The notes under the pieces are model-generated. The model was not told the origin of the DNA. It saw nothing but the letters and a program-made list of their open reading frames with translations, and searched no databases. 64,000 nucleotides of DNA, taken from positions 160,001 to 224,000 of the forward strand of contig CAVSHO010000007.1 of assembly GCA_963727825.1 (NCBI GenBank). The letters run 5' to 3'. This stretch comes from Ignavibacteriota bacterium. Lineage in GTDB: Bacteria > Bacteroidota > Ignavibacteria > UBA10030. The first letter of the stretch is position 1. Each line of letters opens with the position of its first letter. A program made the translations under genes and the position numbers. This document shows, piece by piece, positions 1-11,053 of the stretch.

Positions 1-48
1 ACTGAAGAAAATAACCATTGTCTTATAATATATCTCAAAGGATGAATT

Positions 49-912
49 GTGAATAACCAACAAGACGGAAGTTTTTGGAGCGCCTTCGAAAGGTATCTTG
101 TTTGTCTATTATCTTTGGTTTCCGGTTTGGTACTTATCTATTTGGCGATTGAAGGCCCACTTTTCTTGAATAACATTCACTACAGAACCTCTCTTTCAGG
201 CATCTGCCAACTCAAAGGTCAGGATTTTGTTAATTTATATTTATTAAGTCCACTTTTACTTTACAGTTCAATTGTTCTTTTTCTTAGAAAAGAAATTTCG
301 AAGTATCTCATGATTCTTACCCCGCTCTATTTGATATACTATGTATTAAGCTATACCATAGGAATGGAATGGAGTTCGCCAATCTATAGCGGCAATAGTG
401 AAAAATATTTATTCTATTATTTATTTATCATGGTTTCGGCACTCATTACGTTGTTGTATGCACTCAGCGTATTCCCAAAATCTTTCCAGAATAGTTTTAA
501 AAAGAAATGGCTTGCATTATATTCTGTTATTTTTGTTCTTTTTATTCTCATATTTGCATCAATGTGGTTTAAAGAGGTTGTGAGCGTTATTCAAACAGGA
601 ACTACCCTGGGCTATAATGAAATGCCAACGGCATTTTGGACAATCAGAATTCTTGATCTTGGCTTTTCAATTCCTGTGGGTCTTATAAGCGTATATTTAC
701 TCTGGACAAGGCCAAATGAAACTTACTCAATTCAGTTATTATTTTATGGCTTTTTTATTACGATGATAGCAGCAGTTAATTCTATGGGAATTATTATGTA
801 CCTCAATAATGACCCAACGCTTACGGTAGGAGGTATGCTCGTCTTTATGATTTTGGCACTCATTGTCTTTGCCGGTTTTATTTTTGTAATTAAAAACTTT
901 AAAAGAATGTGA
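49..912 (+). CDS. Hypothetical multi-pass membrane protein
   Basis: 287-aa ORF with about 8 hydrophobic segments; no recognised family. Confidence 0.75.
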   Translation: MNNQQDGSFWSAFERYLVCLLSLVSGLVLIYLAIEGPLFLNNIHYRTSLSGICQLKGQDFVNLYLLSPLLLYSSIVLFLRKEISKYLMILTPLYLIYYVLSYTIGMEWSSPIYSGNSEKYLFYYLFIMVSALITLLYALSVFPKSFQNSFKKKWLALYSVIFVLFILIFASMWFKEVVSVIQTGTTLGYNEMPTAFWTIRILDLGFSIPVGLISVYLLWTRPNETYSIQLLFYGFFITMIAAVNSMGIIMYLNNDPTLTVGGMLVFMILALIVFAGFIFVIKNFKRM

Positions 913-922
913 AGGAACTATT

Positions 923-1327
923 ATGCAAAGTATTTCAAAATCAGAAATATATCTTAGGGTTATTGCTTGGACTGTTCTAATATTAGGAGTTGCTATGGTA
1001 GTTTATTGGATAATGTTCCTTGTCAAAAGGATGCCAATAGGAGATATTCCAGTTCTTTCAGAATCAATAACAGCATGTTTAGCTCTTATAACCGGATACG
1101 GATTATTGTATCGAAAACATTGGTCGGTGCCCTGTTGTTTGGTATTAGCGGGTATGTTGGCATATAGTGTCATCGGTGGTATAACTATTGTGTTTAAGCA
1201 TGGTCTTAATTTCGACTCTCCCTTTGGAGCGATAACAGATGCCCTTCTGTTTCCACTTATTTTGCTATTCTCTATCTTTATGATTGTAACAATTTGGAGA
1301 CAGAAAGAATATTTCAATGTCTCCTAA
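923..1327 (+). CDS. Hypothetical membrane protein (about 4 TM)
   Basis: 134-aa hydrophobic ORF, AAGGA RBS upstream. Confidence 0.7.
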   Translation: MQSISKSEIYLRVIAWTVLILGVAMVVYWIMFLVKRMPIGDIPVLSESITACLALITGYGLLYRKHWSVPCCLVLAGMLAYSVIGGITIVFKHGLNFDSPFGAITDALLFPLILLFSIFMIVTIWRQKEYFNVS

Positions 1328-1405
1328 TTAGCAACTTAATTAAGCATTATAAATGAACGTGTGAATTCTATTCTTAAAATTGTTGGAATATAACCAAAAT
1401 ATCAG

Positions 1406-1789
1406 GTGGCATATATGATAAATCAAGTATTACTTATTGTGGGTGCGCTAACAACGAGTATATGGGGAGTATCACATTTATTTCCAACAAATAAGGTAGT
1501 GAAAGGATTCGGCGAAATATCGGCTGATAATAAGAATATAATTACGATGGAATGGATTGCAGAAGGTGTTAGCCTTATATTTATTGGTATGCTTGTAGCT
1601 ATGGCGACATTAATTGATCCAACTAATGCGGTGTCAAAGATGGTATACTGGATATGCGCCGGGGAATTGAGTGTCCTTACAATAATCTCTCTTTTTACTG
1701 GCGTTAAAGTGAACCATCCTGCATTTAAGTTATGTCCTATTATATTTTCATTTTCTGCTTTGTTAATAATAATCGGAAGTTTAATCTAA
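1406..1789 (+). CDS. Hypothetical membrane protein (about 4 TM)
   Basis: 127-aa hydrophobic ORF; true start may be the ATG at 1415. Confidence 0.7.
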   Translation: MAYMINQVLLIVGALTTSIWGVSHLFPTNKVVKGFGEISADNKNIITMEWIAEGVSLIFIGMLVAMATLIDPTNAVSKMVYWICAGELSVLTIISLFTGVKVNHPAFKLCPIIFSFSALLIIIGSLI

Positions 1790-2002
1790 TTATTAAAATC
1801 AATAATTCTGAACGCTTAACTATTCGCTCCCGACTAAAAGATGGCATTCAGGCAAGTTGATGGAATAATCTCAATAACCAAAATTAATAATTTTATCCAA
1901 TGTGCGGACAATATGCACTAGTAGACGGAAAAATGATTTTTCAGCTATTTGGTAAATGCCGCTCCGATGTAGATAATCATTCCCATTAGCGAGAATTTAT
2001 TT

Positions 2003-2386
2003 ATGAGTGAGATCAAAAATATTACCCAGAAAGATTCATTTGCGAAATTGTTAGGAATTAAGATTTTATCAATCGGAGAAGGAACAGCAACAGCAGAGAT
2101 GACCATCACAAAGGATCATCTCAATGGAGCTGGAACTACTCATGGCGGTGCTATTTTTTCTCTTGGTGACACAGTTTTCGGGGCAGCATCGAATAGCCGC
2201 GAAGGACTGGCTATGGCAATTAATGTCAGTATCTCGTTTTTCAAAGCAACCACAGAAGGAAAACTCACTGCTGTTGCGGAAGAAGTATCCCTGCGCAAGA
2301 AATTAGCAACTTATATCGTAAGAATCTTCGATGAGACATCAAACATCATCGCCCTATTTCAGGGAACAGTGTATAGAAAAGAATAA
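2003..2386 (+). CDS. PaaI-family hotdog-fold thioesterase
   Basis: HLNGAGTTHGGAIFSLGD matches the PaaI NxxGxxHGG motif. Confidence 0.9.
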   Translation: MSEIKNITQKDSFAKLLGIKILSIGEGTATAEMTITKDHLNGAGTTHGGAIFSLGDTVFGAASNSREGLAMAINVSISFFKATTEGKLTAVAEEVSLRKKLATYIVRIFDETSNIIALFQGTVYRKE

Positions 2387-2865
2387 GTAATTCGTCATTA
2401 TAATGTAATGCTTCGCGCTTATTGAATACACGTCATTTTACCATCATTGCCAGACGCCAAAAAGGTCTCGAGAAGATCAAAAAATATGATAAAGGAATGA
2501 CAAAATAGTCACGCTGTAAGTTCATTATTATTTTTAGTAATTGAGCGAATTGAGCCCTCGATTGAAACTGCCCAAATGAAAATTATCTTGAAATCGGCGG
2601 TGAAAATTGTTAATTCATTTCTTGCCATCGTTTCAAATTTGATTTTCCATCATCATTCGGTTACATTATTTGCAACAAATAGATACCAATGAGTGCACAT
2701 TTCAGGGATAATTCAATAAAGAGATAAATATAGGATGAAGTGTGTAGTTGGACATAACTATAAAAGAAATGATTCATTGCACGATTTTACTTATAACAGC
2801 TATCAGATGGTAGATAGTTTCATAAATGAAATAAAAATGTATGTAGTGTAAATGAAAGTATTGCT

Positions 2866-5800
2866 ATGAGTTCTCTTCGAGATAATTACAACCAAGGAAA
2901 AGTAGCTGATTTCCTCAAAGAAGTCATCCAGCCGAAATCAAAACTTTCCTTTGTCTCCGCGTATTTTACAATTTATGCCTACAACCAGCTAAAGACGCAA
3001 TTGGATTCCATTGACCATCTGAGGTTCTTATTTGGCGAGCCAACATTTATTAAATCCATTGATCCATCGAAGACAAATTCACGCGAATTCAAAATAGAAG
3101 ATGATCAGCTTATTATACCCATTGAAAGCAGAATGACACAGAAGGCTGTAGCAAAAGATTGTGCTGAATGGATAACAAATAAAGTTGATATCAAATCAAT
3201 GGTAAAGCCTAACTTCCTCCATGGCAAAATGTACCACATCGAGAATCCTAATGGTGTGAAGGAAGCAGTAATGGGGAGCTCGAATTTCACAGTCAATGGA
3301 CTCGGTTTAGCAGGAAGCAACAATATAGAACTAAACATGGTTATTCAAGATCGCAGGGATTTAGAAGACCTTGAGAAATGGTTCGAGAGCTTATGGAACG
3401 ATAAAACAGGATTAGTTGAAGATGTTAAATCAGAGGTACTGAAATATTTAGATCAATTTTATGTTGAGAATGAGCCAGAATTTATTTATTACAAAACCTT
3501 GTATCATCTATTTGAAAAATTTCTTGATGAGCAGGAAAAAGGCGGCTTGCTGAATAAGCAGACAGGTTTCTTTGAGAGTGAAATCTGGAATATGCTGTAC
3601 GACTTCCAGCAAGATGGAGTCAAAGGAGCCATCAATAAAATTCTCAGACATAATGGATGCATCATTGCCGACAGTGTCGGTCTTGGTAAAACTTTTGAGG
3701 CACTGGCTATCATTCAATACTTTGAGAAGTTGAATTATCGGGCATTAGTACTATGCCCTAAGAAATTGAAAGACAATTGGACTGTTTACCAGTCGAGTAA
3801 AAACAACAAACTCAATCCATTCAGAAAGGATCGATACAATTATCACATTCTCTATCATACCGATTTAGGAAGAACATTTGGCATTTCCGATGCAGACGGT
3901 CATGACCTTTCCATCGATAAATTCAATTGGGGTGCCTATGATTTGGTAGTTATTGACGAAAGCCACAATTTCCGTGGTAACCCAATGGAAAAGGTCAGAG
4001 ATGATGGTGAATTGCGGATGAACCGGGCAAAGTGGCTAATGGAAAAAATAATTAAGGAAGGTGTGAGTACAAAAGTTTTATTGCTTTCCGCTACACCGGT
4101 GAATAACAATTTACGCGATTTACGTAATCAGGTATTGCTTATCACGAAAGGTGAAAACGATGCGCTGTTTAAGGACACACAAATTAAGGATATTGAACAA
4201 TCGTTAAAAAACGCGCAAACACAATTCACGAATTGGGCAGATTCTGACAAGAATCCAAATCGAACAGTAAAACAATTATTAGAACGGCTTGACTCTTCAT
4301 TCTTCAAGCTTCTCGATGAGTTGACAATTGCCCGGAGTCGCAAACACATTAAGAGTTTTTACAATATTAAGGCAATTGGGCAATTCTCAGAGCGGTTAAA
4401 GCCCCATTCTATATATCCGAATATAGATATAAAGGATCGCTTTTTTACATACGATTCACTAAATAAAAAAATTCTCGCGTATAAACTGTCAGTGTTCAAT
4501 CCTTCTGCGTATTTGAAAGATGATGAATCCATAAGAGAAAAATATAAAGAACGTGCCGGACAGGAAATCCTTTCATTTACACAGAAAGATCGTGAAAACT
4601 TCCTTATTGGTATGATGAAGGTTAATTATTTGAAACGGCTTGAGAGTTGTATTGAGTCGTTTGAGATTTCAATAGATCGCACAATTAAAAAAATCGAGTC
4701 ACTCAAGGAAAAGATAGATGAATTCAAGAAAAAGAAATTGAAGAACCAGGAAGATGATTTATCTGACGCGCAGCCGGAAGATTCTGAACTAGAGGAAAAT
4801 GCCGATGACCTTGAACAATGGCAAGTCGGTAAAAAATTGAAATTTGATCTTGCTGATCTTGAACTTGATAAATGGTTAATAGATTTGGAGGGCGATAAAG
4901 CGGCTTTATCAGATATCTACAATAATGCGGTCGCTGTTACACCTGATCGTGATGCAAAATTGAAAGAACTCAAGGAGCAGATTGTCTACAAATTAAAACA
5001 TCCTATAAACGGCACCAACAAGAAGATTCTTATTTTTACAGCATTTGCTGATACAGCTGAATATCTCTATAAAAACCTTGAGCCCTGGATTACAAAAGAC
5101 CTCCACCTCCAATGTGCATTAGTCGTCGGAAGTTTTACAAAGACGACTTTTGGAAGAAACGATTTTTCAAACATTCTTACAAACTTTTCACCGCTTTCAA
5201 AGAATAGGGCAAGACTTGAAAAAATGCCACAGGATAATGAGATCGATATCCTCATTGCAACAGACTGCATTAGTGAAGGGCAAAACTTGCAGGATTGTGA
5301 TTATCTCATCAATTATGATATTCACTGGAATCCGGTTCGCATCATCCAGCGATTTGGCCGTATAGATCGTTTAGGTAGCCACAATGACAAAATTCAATTA
5401 GTTAATTTCTGGCCTACGAAGGACCTGGATAATTACATAAATCTGAAAGAGCGCGTTGAAGCTCGAATGGCGCTGGTCGATGTAACGGCTACAGGCGAAG
5501 ACAACATTCTAAATACAGAACAATTGGAAGACCTTATTGAAGAAGACCTGAAATACCGGAATCAGCAGTTGAAGCGTTTGCGTGATGAAGTCCTTGATTT
5601 GGAAGATATGAATGAAAGCATATCATTAACTGACTTTACATTAGACGATTTCCGTGTTGAGCTTTCCAATTACCTTGAGAATAATCGAAAGAAATTAAAG
5701 GACGCACCATTAGGTTTGTATGCAGTCGTTCCATCTCCATCCGGAAACCATGCACAATATTTTAATCTTGATAAATTCTCCGAGGTGGAACGAAAAATTA

Positions 5801-6210
5801 TCAAACCCGGAGTTGTCTATTGCCTTAAACAAAAAGGAGATACGGACGGCAACGAAGAGGTGAATCCATTGCAGCCATACTTCCTCGTCTATATTTGGGA
5901 AGATGGACAAGTGCGGTTCAATTACACTAATGCTAAACAGATTTTAGAAATTTATCGATTGCTCTGCCAAGGGAATATAACAGCATTTCAGCAGCTGTGC
6001 GATCTTTTCAATACAGAAACTGACCATGGCACTCGTATGGAACCCTATGCAGATTTATTAAAAAAAGTCGTTGATGAAATTATTCGTGTGTTCAAGAAAC
6101 GGATAACACAAAGGGTTCTTACAGACAGAGCTGGATTGATTATTCCGCAATCAAAGCAGGTCAATGAAGTGAACAATTTCGAGCTCGTCACTTGGCTGGT
6201 GATTAAATAG
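2866..6210 (+). CDS. Phospholipase D-like nuclease fused to SNF2-family helicase (restriction/defence-associated)
   Basis: N-terminal HGKMY...GSSNFT PLD motif; Walker A DSVGLGKT, DESH box, SAT motif III, SEGQNLQ and QRFGRIDR helicase C-terminal motifs. Confidence 0.9.
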   Translation: MSSLRDNYNQGKVADFLKEVIQPKSKLSFVSAYFTIYAYNQLKTQLDSIDHLRFLFGEPTFIKSIDPSKTNSREFKIEDDQLIIPIESRMTQKAVAKDCAEWITNKVDIKSMVKPNFLHGKMYHIENPNGVKEAVMGSSNFTVNGLGLAGSNNIELNMVIQDRRDLEDLEKWFESLWNDKTGLVEDVKSEVLKYLDQFYVENEPEFIYYKTLYHLFEKFLDEQEKGGLLNKQTGFFESEIWNMLYDFQQDGVKGAINKILRHNGCIIADSVGLGKTFEALAIIQYFEKLNYRALVLCPKKLKDNWTVYQSSKNNKLNPFRKDRYNYHILYHTDLGRTFGISDADGHDLSIDKFNWGAYDLVVIDESHNFRGNPMEKVRDDGELRMNRAKWLMEKIIKEGVSTKVLLLSATPVNNNLRDLRNQVLLITKGENDALFKDTQIKDIEQSLKNAQTQFTNWADSDKNPNRTVKQLLERLDSSFFKLLDELTIARSRKHIKSFYNIKAIGQFSERLKPHSIYPNIDIKDRFFTYDSLNKKILAYKLSVFNPSAYLKDDESIREKYKERAGQEILSFTQKDRENFLIGMMKVNYLKRLESCIESFEISIDRTIKKIESLKEKIDEFKKKKLKNQEDDLSDAQPEDSELEENADDLEQWQVGKKLKFDLADLELDKWLIDLEGDKAALSDIYNNAVAVTPDRDAKLKELKEQIVYKLKHPINGTNKKILIFTAFADTAEYLYKNLEPWITKDLHLQCALVVGSFTKTTFGRNDFSNILTNFSPLSKNRARLEKMPQDNEIDILIATDCISEGQNLQDCDYLINYDIHWNPVRIIQRFGRIDRLGSHNDKIQLVNFWPTKDLDNYINLKERVEARMALVDVTATGEDNILNTEQLEDLIEEDLKYRNQQLKRLRDEVLDLEDMNESISLTDFTLDDFRVELSNYLENNRKKLKDAPLGLYAVVPSPSGNHAQYFNLDKFSEVERKIIKPGVVYCLKQKGDTDGNEEVNPLQPYFLVYIWEDGQVRFNYTNAKQILEIYRLLCQGNITAFQQLCDLFNTETDHGTRMEPYADLLKKVVDEIIRVFKKRITQRVLTDRAGLIIPQSKQVNEVNNFELVTWLVIK

Positions 6211-6352
6211 TCTGAACCATGATTAGAAGGATTAAAGGATTTCCATGATTAAGAATCATGAGTCTGAACTATGATTAGACGGATTAAAGGATGATCTTGA
6301 TTAAATATAATCATGGTCATCGGGTTCATCAAGTAGAATCATGGTTCAGACA
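6209..6352. repeat. Cluster of about 44-bp repeats: two direct copies and one inverted copy
   Basis: 6209-6252 and 6261-6304 match at 38/44; inverted copy at about 6308-6352 ending AATCATGGTTCAGAC. Confidence 0.9.
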
Positions 6353-6794
6353 ACTTTAGGAAACAATCATGCTTTATGAAGATACAACAAAGCGTATTAT
6401 TGCTTCTGCAATGCAAGTGCATTCTACACTCGGAAATGGATTTCAGGAGGTCATCTATCAAAGAGCGCTAGGAATTGAAATGCCTTTACATAATCTATCC
6501 TTTGAGCGCGAAAAGGAAATGCCCATCTTTTATCGGGAACAAGAAATTGGAACACGCAGGGTAGATTTCTTTGTTGAAAATTGCATCATGGTCGAATTGA
6601 AGGCTATTATTGCTCTTGAAGATGTTCACCTTGCGCAGGCTATGAATTACTTAGAAGTATATAATATGGAAATTGGCCTCCTTATTAATTTTGGCGCTAA
6701 AAGCCTTGAATTCAAGCGAGTTCACAATAATAAGCTTCTAAAAAAATAAATAATCCTTAAATCATGTAAATCATGGTCAAATCAAGGTTCAGAC
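6210..6794. mobile_element. Putative IS-like GxxExxY cassette with 15-bp terminal inverted repeats
   Basis: GTCTGAACCATGATT (6210-6224) and AATCAAGGTTCAGAC (6780-6794) are inverted repeats (14/15); AATA on both flanks (6206-6209, 6795-6798). Confidence 0.6.
6369..6749 (+). CDS. GxxExxY protein (PD-(D/E)xK nuclease-like)
   Basis: LGNGFQEVIY signature, RVDFFVE...VELKA, GLLINFG. Confidence 0.92.
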   Translation: MLYEDTTKRIIASAMQVHSTLGNGFQEVIYQRALGIEMPLHNLSFEREKEMPIFYREQEIGTRRVDFFVENCIMVELKAIIALEDVHLAQAMNYLEVYNMEIGLLINFGAKSLEFKRVHNNKLLKK

Positions 6795-6795
6795 A
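6751..6795 (-). repeat. Fourth, inverted copy of the GxxExxY-associated repeat
   Basis: Reverse complement reads TGTCTGAACCTTGATTTGACCATGATTTACATGATTTAAGGATTA, the same family with periodic GATT units. Confidence 0.85.
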
Positions 6796-6798
6796 ATA

Positions 6799-9700
6799 AT
6801 GACAGAAGATATAAGAATAAAAATTCAGAATTCTCTGCAGGCATTCGCTCAAGGTAATTTGACAAAGAACTCACTTGCCTTGTTTGAAACATTGGGGTAT
6901 GTGACCGACCGACAAGCACCATTAGATAAACCAACGTTCGCACAGTTCAAAGAATCTTATATTTCGATAGATTCGCACTTCAATGTAGAAAAGGCACAAG
7001 TAAAACAATGGAAACAAGTTGATCTGTTGTTCCAGCTATCCGGCAATGAAATAATTAAAACAACAGACATGTTTGATTCTAAAGCGGTCGTTACAAAAGA
7101 TGATGGAAATAAAATAGCCATCGAATCGTATTTGTTCTTCGTTGTTGAACTTGATGGTCAAAATTATTCAAGGACTCAGTTTTCGCACATAACGCGCGAG
7201 ATCAATCGCTTGTTTCCTATGCCTGTAATGATACTTTTTAAGTATGGTTCATTTTTGACACTTGCTGTAATAGATCGCCGGTTACACAAACGAGATGCGA
7301 GCAAAGATGTGCTGGAAAAAGTAACGCTGATTAAAGATATATCGATTGCCTCTCCGCATCGTGCACACATCGAAATACTCTTTGATCTCTCGCTTGATGA
7401 ATTGAAGAAGAGCAGCAAAGAACCAATTACTAATTTTATTGCTCTTCACAACGCCTGGCGCAAGACACTCAATATCTCTGAACTTAATAAGAAATTCTAT
7501 CGCCAGATTGCGGACTGGTTCTATTGGGCTGTTTCCAATGTCGAATATCCGCTGGCGCCAAATATTACAAACTGAGCGGGAAAATGCATCTATCAATGTT
7601 ATTCGCCTACTGACACGTATTATTTTCGTCTGGTTTCTCAAGGAAAAAAATCTCGTTCCAGACGATCTTTTTGATGAGAATAAATTAGCTGCAATCCTTA
7701 AAGATGATGACCTGCAAACAGAGAAGAAGTGGAATTATTATCGAGGTATTTTGCAGAATCTGTTCTTCGCTACACTCAATCAAAAAATGAACACAGTAAA
7801 AGAGCCGAATAACCGTGAATGGGTGAGCGATAAAAGAACGTCTTCTGGTTACAACGAAGATTATACCATTGCAAATAAGTATCGCTTTCCTGAGTTGTTC
7901 AAAAATCCGGATCAGGCTCTCCAGCTTTTTTCAAAAATACCATTTCTTAATGGCGGATTGTTCGATTGCCTTGACAGAAGAGGCAACAAACAAAAAGGGG
8001 ATATTTTTATTGATGGTTTTACCCGTCATACAAAACCCCAGCCAAAAGTCCCCAATATGTTATTCTTCGGAAAAAAGCGAAAAGTTGATTTAAGCAAAGT
8101 ATTCGAAGACAAAAAATGGAGCAAAGAAGAAGTCAAGGGACTCATTCATATTCTCAATGACTATAAGTTTACTATTGCTGAAAATACGCCGATTGAAGAG
8201 GAAGTCGCGCTTGATCCTGAATTATTGGGAAGAATTTTCGAAAACCTGCTTGCGGCGTACAATCCTGAAACCGGAACCACTGCCCGCAAAGCAACCGGCA
8301 GTTTTTACACCCCGCGCGAGATTGTGAACTACATGGTGGATGAATCGCTTCTGGCATATTTGAAAAATGCCATGCTGGATGAAGCAGTGGGAGCAGTTTT
8401 AACCGGGCATGAACAGGTTGATGCTTTTGGGAATGACGCAAGAAAGGGGCAATTGAAAATTGAGGATAAAGTTGAGCGTAATCCGTGGAAAGAGAAGGAA
8501 GAGGAGTTAGAAAATCATTTACGCGATCTTTTATCCTATTCTGAGAAACCTAATCCATTGAACATCACTGATACAGACAGACTTATTTCAGCAATTGGCA
8601 GCTGTAAAATCCTCGATCCTGCGTGCGGCTCAGGCGCGTTCCCGATGGGAATGTTGCTGAAAACAGTTCACGTCCTCCATAAGCTCGACCCGAATAATGC
8701 AAAATGGCAGCAAGTGCAGGAAGACGCCGCGCGTAACCATACCCGATCCCGAAATACAGCTGGATACGCTCGCAAGGATTGAAGAAGCGTTCAGCCCGGA
8801 AAACAATTATGCCGATTACGGCAGAAAGCTTGTGCTGATACAAAACTGTATTTACGGAATAGATATACAGCCCATTGCCGTACAGATTTCCAAACTGCGG
8901 TTCTTCATCTCACTGTTAGTGGACCAAAAATACAACGACGCAAAAGAGAACCGCGGAGTGCTTTCTTTACCGAACCTTGAGACCAAATTTGTTGCCGCCA
9001 ATACACTGATCGGTATTGATGAAAGCATACAAGGTTCTTTGCACAACGTCGATATACAGCAGTTGGTTGGGAAATTGCACGATGTGCGAAAACAGATTTT
9101 TAATGCACGCTCATACCGCAATAAAAAGGAATTGCAGAAACAGGACGAACAACTACGTAAACAATTAGGCGCTTTGCTGGAGCAGAAAACGCTGGAAGCG
9201 CAAAAAGTGCTTGAGCAACAGATAGAGACACTTCGAAGTCAAAAAGCGGTAAGCGAAAAAAACTTGAAAGAGAAAAACCTGCTTCCCGGTGTACGCAAAC
9301 AAACCGAGGAGGTAATAAAAAAGATTGATAAACAGGTGGAAGAACTGCAAACGAAGCTGTTGGATAGGCATATTGTAGAAACCAACGCCACACGACTTGC
9401 CGACTGGGATCCGTATGATCAAAATGCTTATGCCGATTACTTTGATAAGGAATGGATGTTTGGAATGCAGAGTGGATTTGATATTGTGATTGGAAATCCA
9501 CCGTATGGAGTTGAAATATCTGAAGGAGAACGATTCTCCTATGAGACCAGAAATATTGAAAGCTATACGAAATGGTCAAAAATTGCTGTCTTGTTTATTG
9601 ACATTGCAAACACATCATTTATTACAAGTCAATGCGACATCGACTCTTTTATTGTTCCAAAATCACTTTGTTATTCGCAGAAAATTGGTCTGAGTGTAGC

Positions 9701-10618
9701 TAAATGATATTATCACTGATCTTGCAATCCAATGTCATTGATATAGAAAGGCATTTGAAAATGTATTGCTAGAACAAGTAGTCTTTGTCCATGTAAAGAA
9801 TAGAAATACAAAACAATATCAAGCGCAAAAATTTCTTAATGGACGATTATGATGATAACGAAACTCGGTATATAGAAAAGTATTATCCAAAGAAGTATTC
9901 AAAGCGTACAATGGATATGCGATGTAAGACAAAAAGAAATCGAAATTATAAAGTCGATAAAATGTCCCATCGTACCATTGTCTAAAATATCAAACACAAA
10001 ACGAGGCTCGGTATTCAAGGGTAAATTCAACTAAGCATAGGCTGGTAGTATCCCTGTAATTGGCGGAAAAAATATTGGCAGAGTATTTTATTAGTGACAT
10101 CAGAGGGATACAATAAAAGTAAATCTTAAGGGATATTCAAAAAGATTGGAATATTATCAATCAAGCCAAAAATCCTTACTCAGTTAGACTTGTTGCACAT
10201 GTTCAGAAACCAACGCCTCATTTAATAATTATGGCAGCTTGGATGAGACGGGAAAGTATTGTCTATCGATACTGTGGAAAACACGATACTTATTAACGAT
10301 TAAATATAATTAGAGTTTGCTGTTGGGACTTAACAATTGCAAAGCTGTTTACGAGTTGGTACGCTTATAAATTTATTTATCGTCAGCCATCCGAACACAT
10401 GGATTTTGATAATTATTATATCGGGAAAATATTCATTCCAGATATCTCAATTAAGGAACACAAAATCGTTATTCATTATTGGTTGAATCATGTTCTATCT
10501 AAAACAAAAACATCCAAATGCCGATACAACTGAATTGGAAAAGGAAATAGATTCCATCAGTGTACAGATTTATGGCCTTACAGAAGAGGAGATAAAGATT
10601 GTGGAGGGGAAGAAGTAA
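6799..10618 (+). CDS. Eco57I/TaqI-like N6-adenine DNA methyltransferase with C-terminal target-recognition domain (frameshifted in this assembly)
   Basis: ORF pieces 6799-7575, 7439-8782 and 8697-9707 carry FLNGGLF, GSFYTPREIV, motif I LDPACGSGAF and motif IV FDIVIGNPPY; TRD fragments and the typical tail ELEKEID...YGLTEEEIKIVEGKK* end at 10618. Confidence 0.85.
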
Positions 10619-11008
10619 ATGGCAGACACAACGATAGCAACAAAAGATGTTGAAAATTGGATAAGAAACGAATTCCTCTCCAGGAAGTATCGCCAGACTT
10701 TTGCAAAACGCAAATTAGGCGTACAGTCCGGCGGAGAATTTGAATGCGACGCAGTCTCCGAAGATGGCAAAATAGTCTGCTTTATATCAACAAGCTCAAG
10801 TAAGACAGCGGGCGAAAAACCCGGAGCTGGTAAGCTTGCTAAAATTCGTGCGGATGCTTTTTGGGCAGGTTCCCTCAGTGAAAAACCGCAGGAAATTGTG
10901 TTTGCATTTACAGATAAATCAATGGTCGAGTTTATCAAGCAAGAAAAAGATAATGGACGCTTCCCAAAACACATTAAAACGCTTTTGGTCAAGTTGCCGG
11001 AGAAATAA
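10619..11008 (+). CDS. Small restriction-endonuclease-like protein, possibly truncated by an insertion
   Basis: Starts immediately after the MTase stop; EFECDAVSEDGKIV resembles a PD-(D/E)xK core; a continuation to 11120 follows a 52-bp palindromic segment. Confidence 0.6.
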   Translation: MADTTIATKDVENWIRNEFLSRKYRQTFAKRKLGVQSGGEFECDAVSEDGKIVCFISTSSSKTAGEKPGAGKLAKIRADAFWAGSLSEKPQEIVFAFTDKSMVEFIKQEKDNGRFPKHIKTLLVKLPEK

Positions 11009-11053
11009 AATAAGACATCCCGCCATGCGGGATGACATTTTCAGGCCTCCGGC
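10996..11053. repeat. Palindromic mini-insertion
   Basis: GCCGGAG/CTCCGGC outer arms; inner stem CATCCCGC-CAT-GCGGGATG (11016-11034); CCGG at 10997-11000 and 11049-11052. Confidence 0.6.

Noticed and set aside
6209-6352. Repeat cluster as a CRISPR array
   Set aside because: Only two direct copies 8 bp apart plus inverted copies; no unique spacers and no cas genes
9500-10570. Diversity-generating retroelement or invertase shufflon acting on the TRD
   Set aside because: No reverse transcriptase, template repeat, recombinase or silent TRD copies visible in the window
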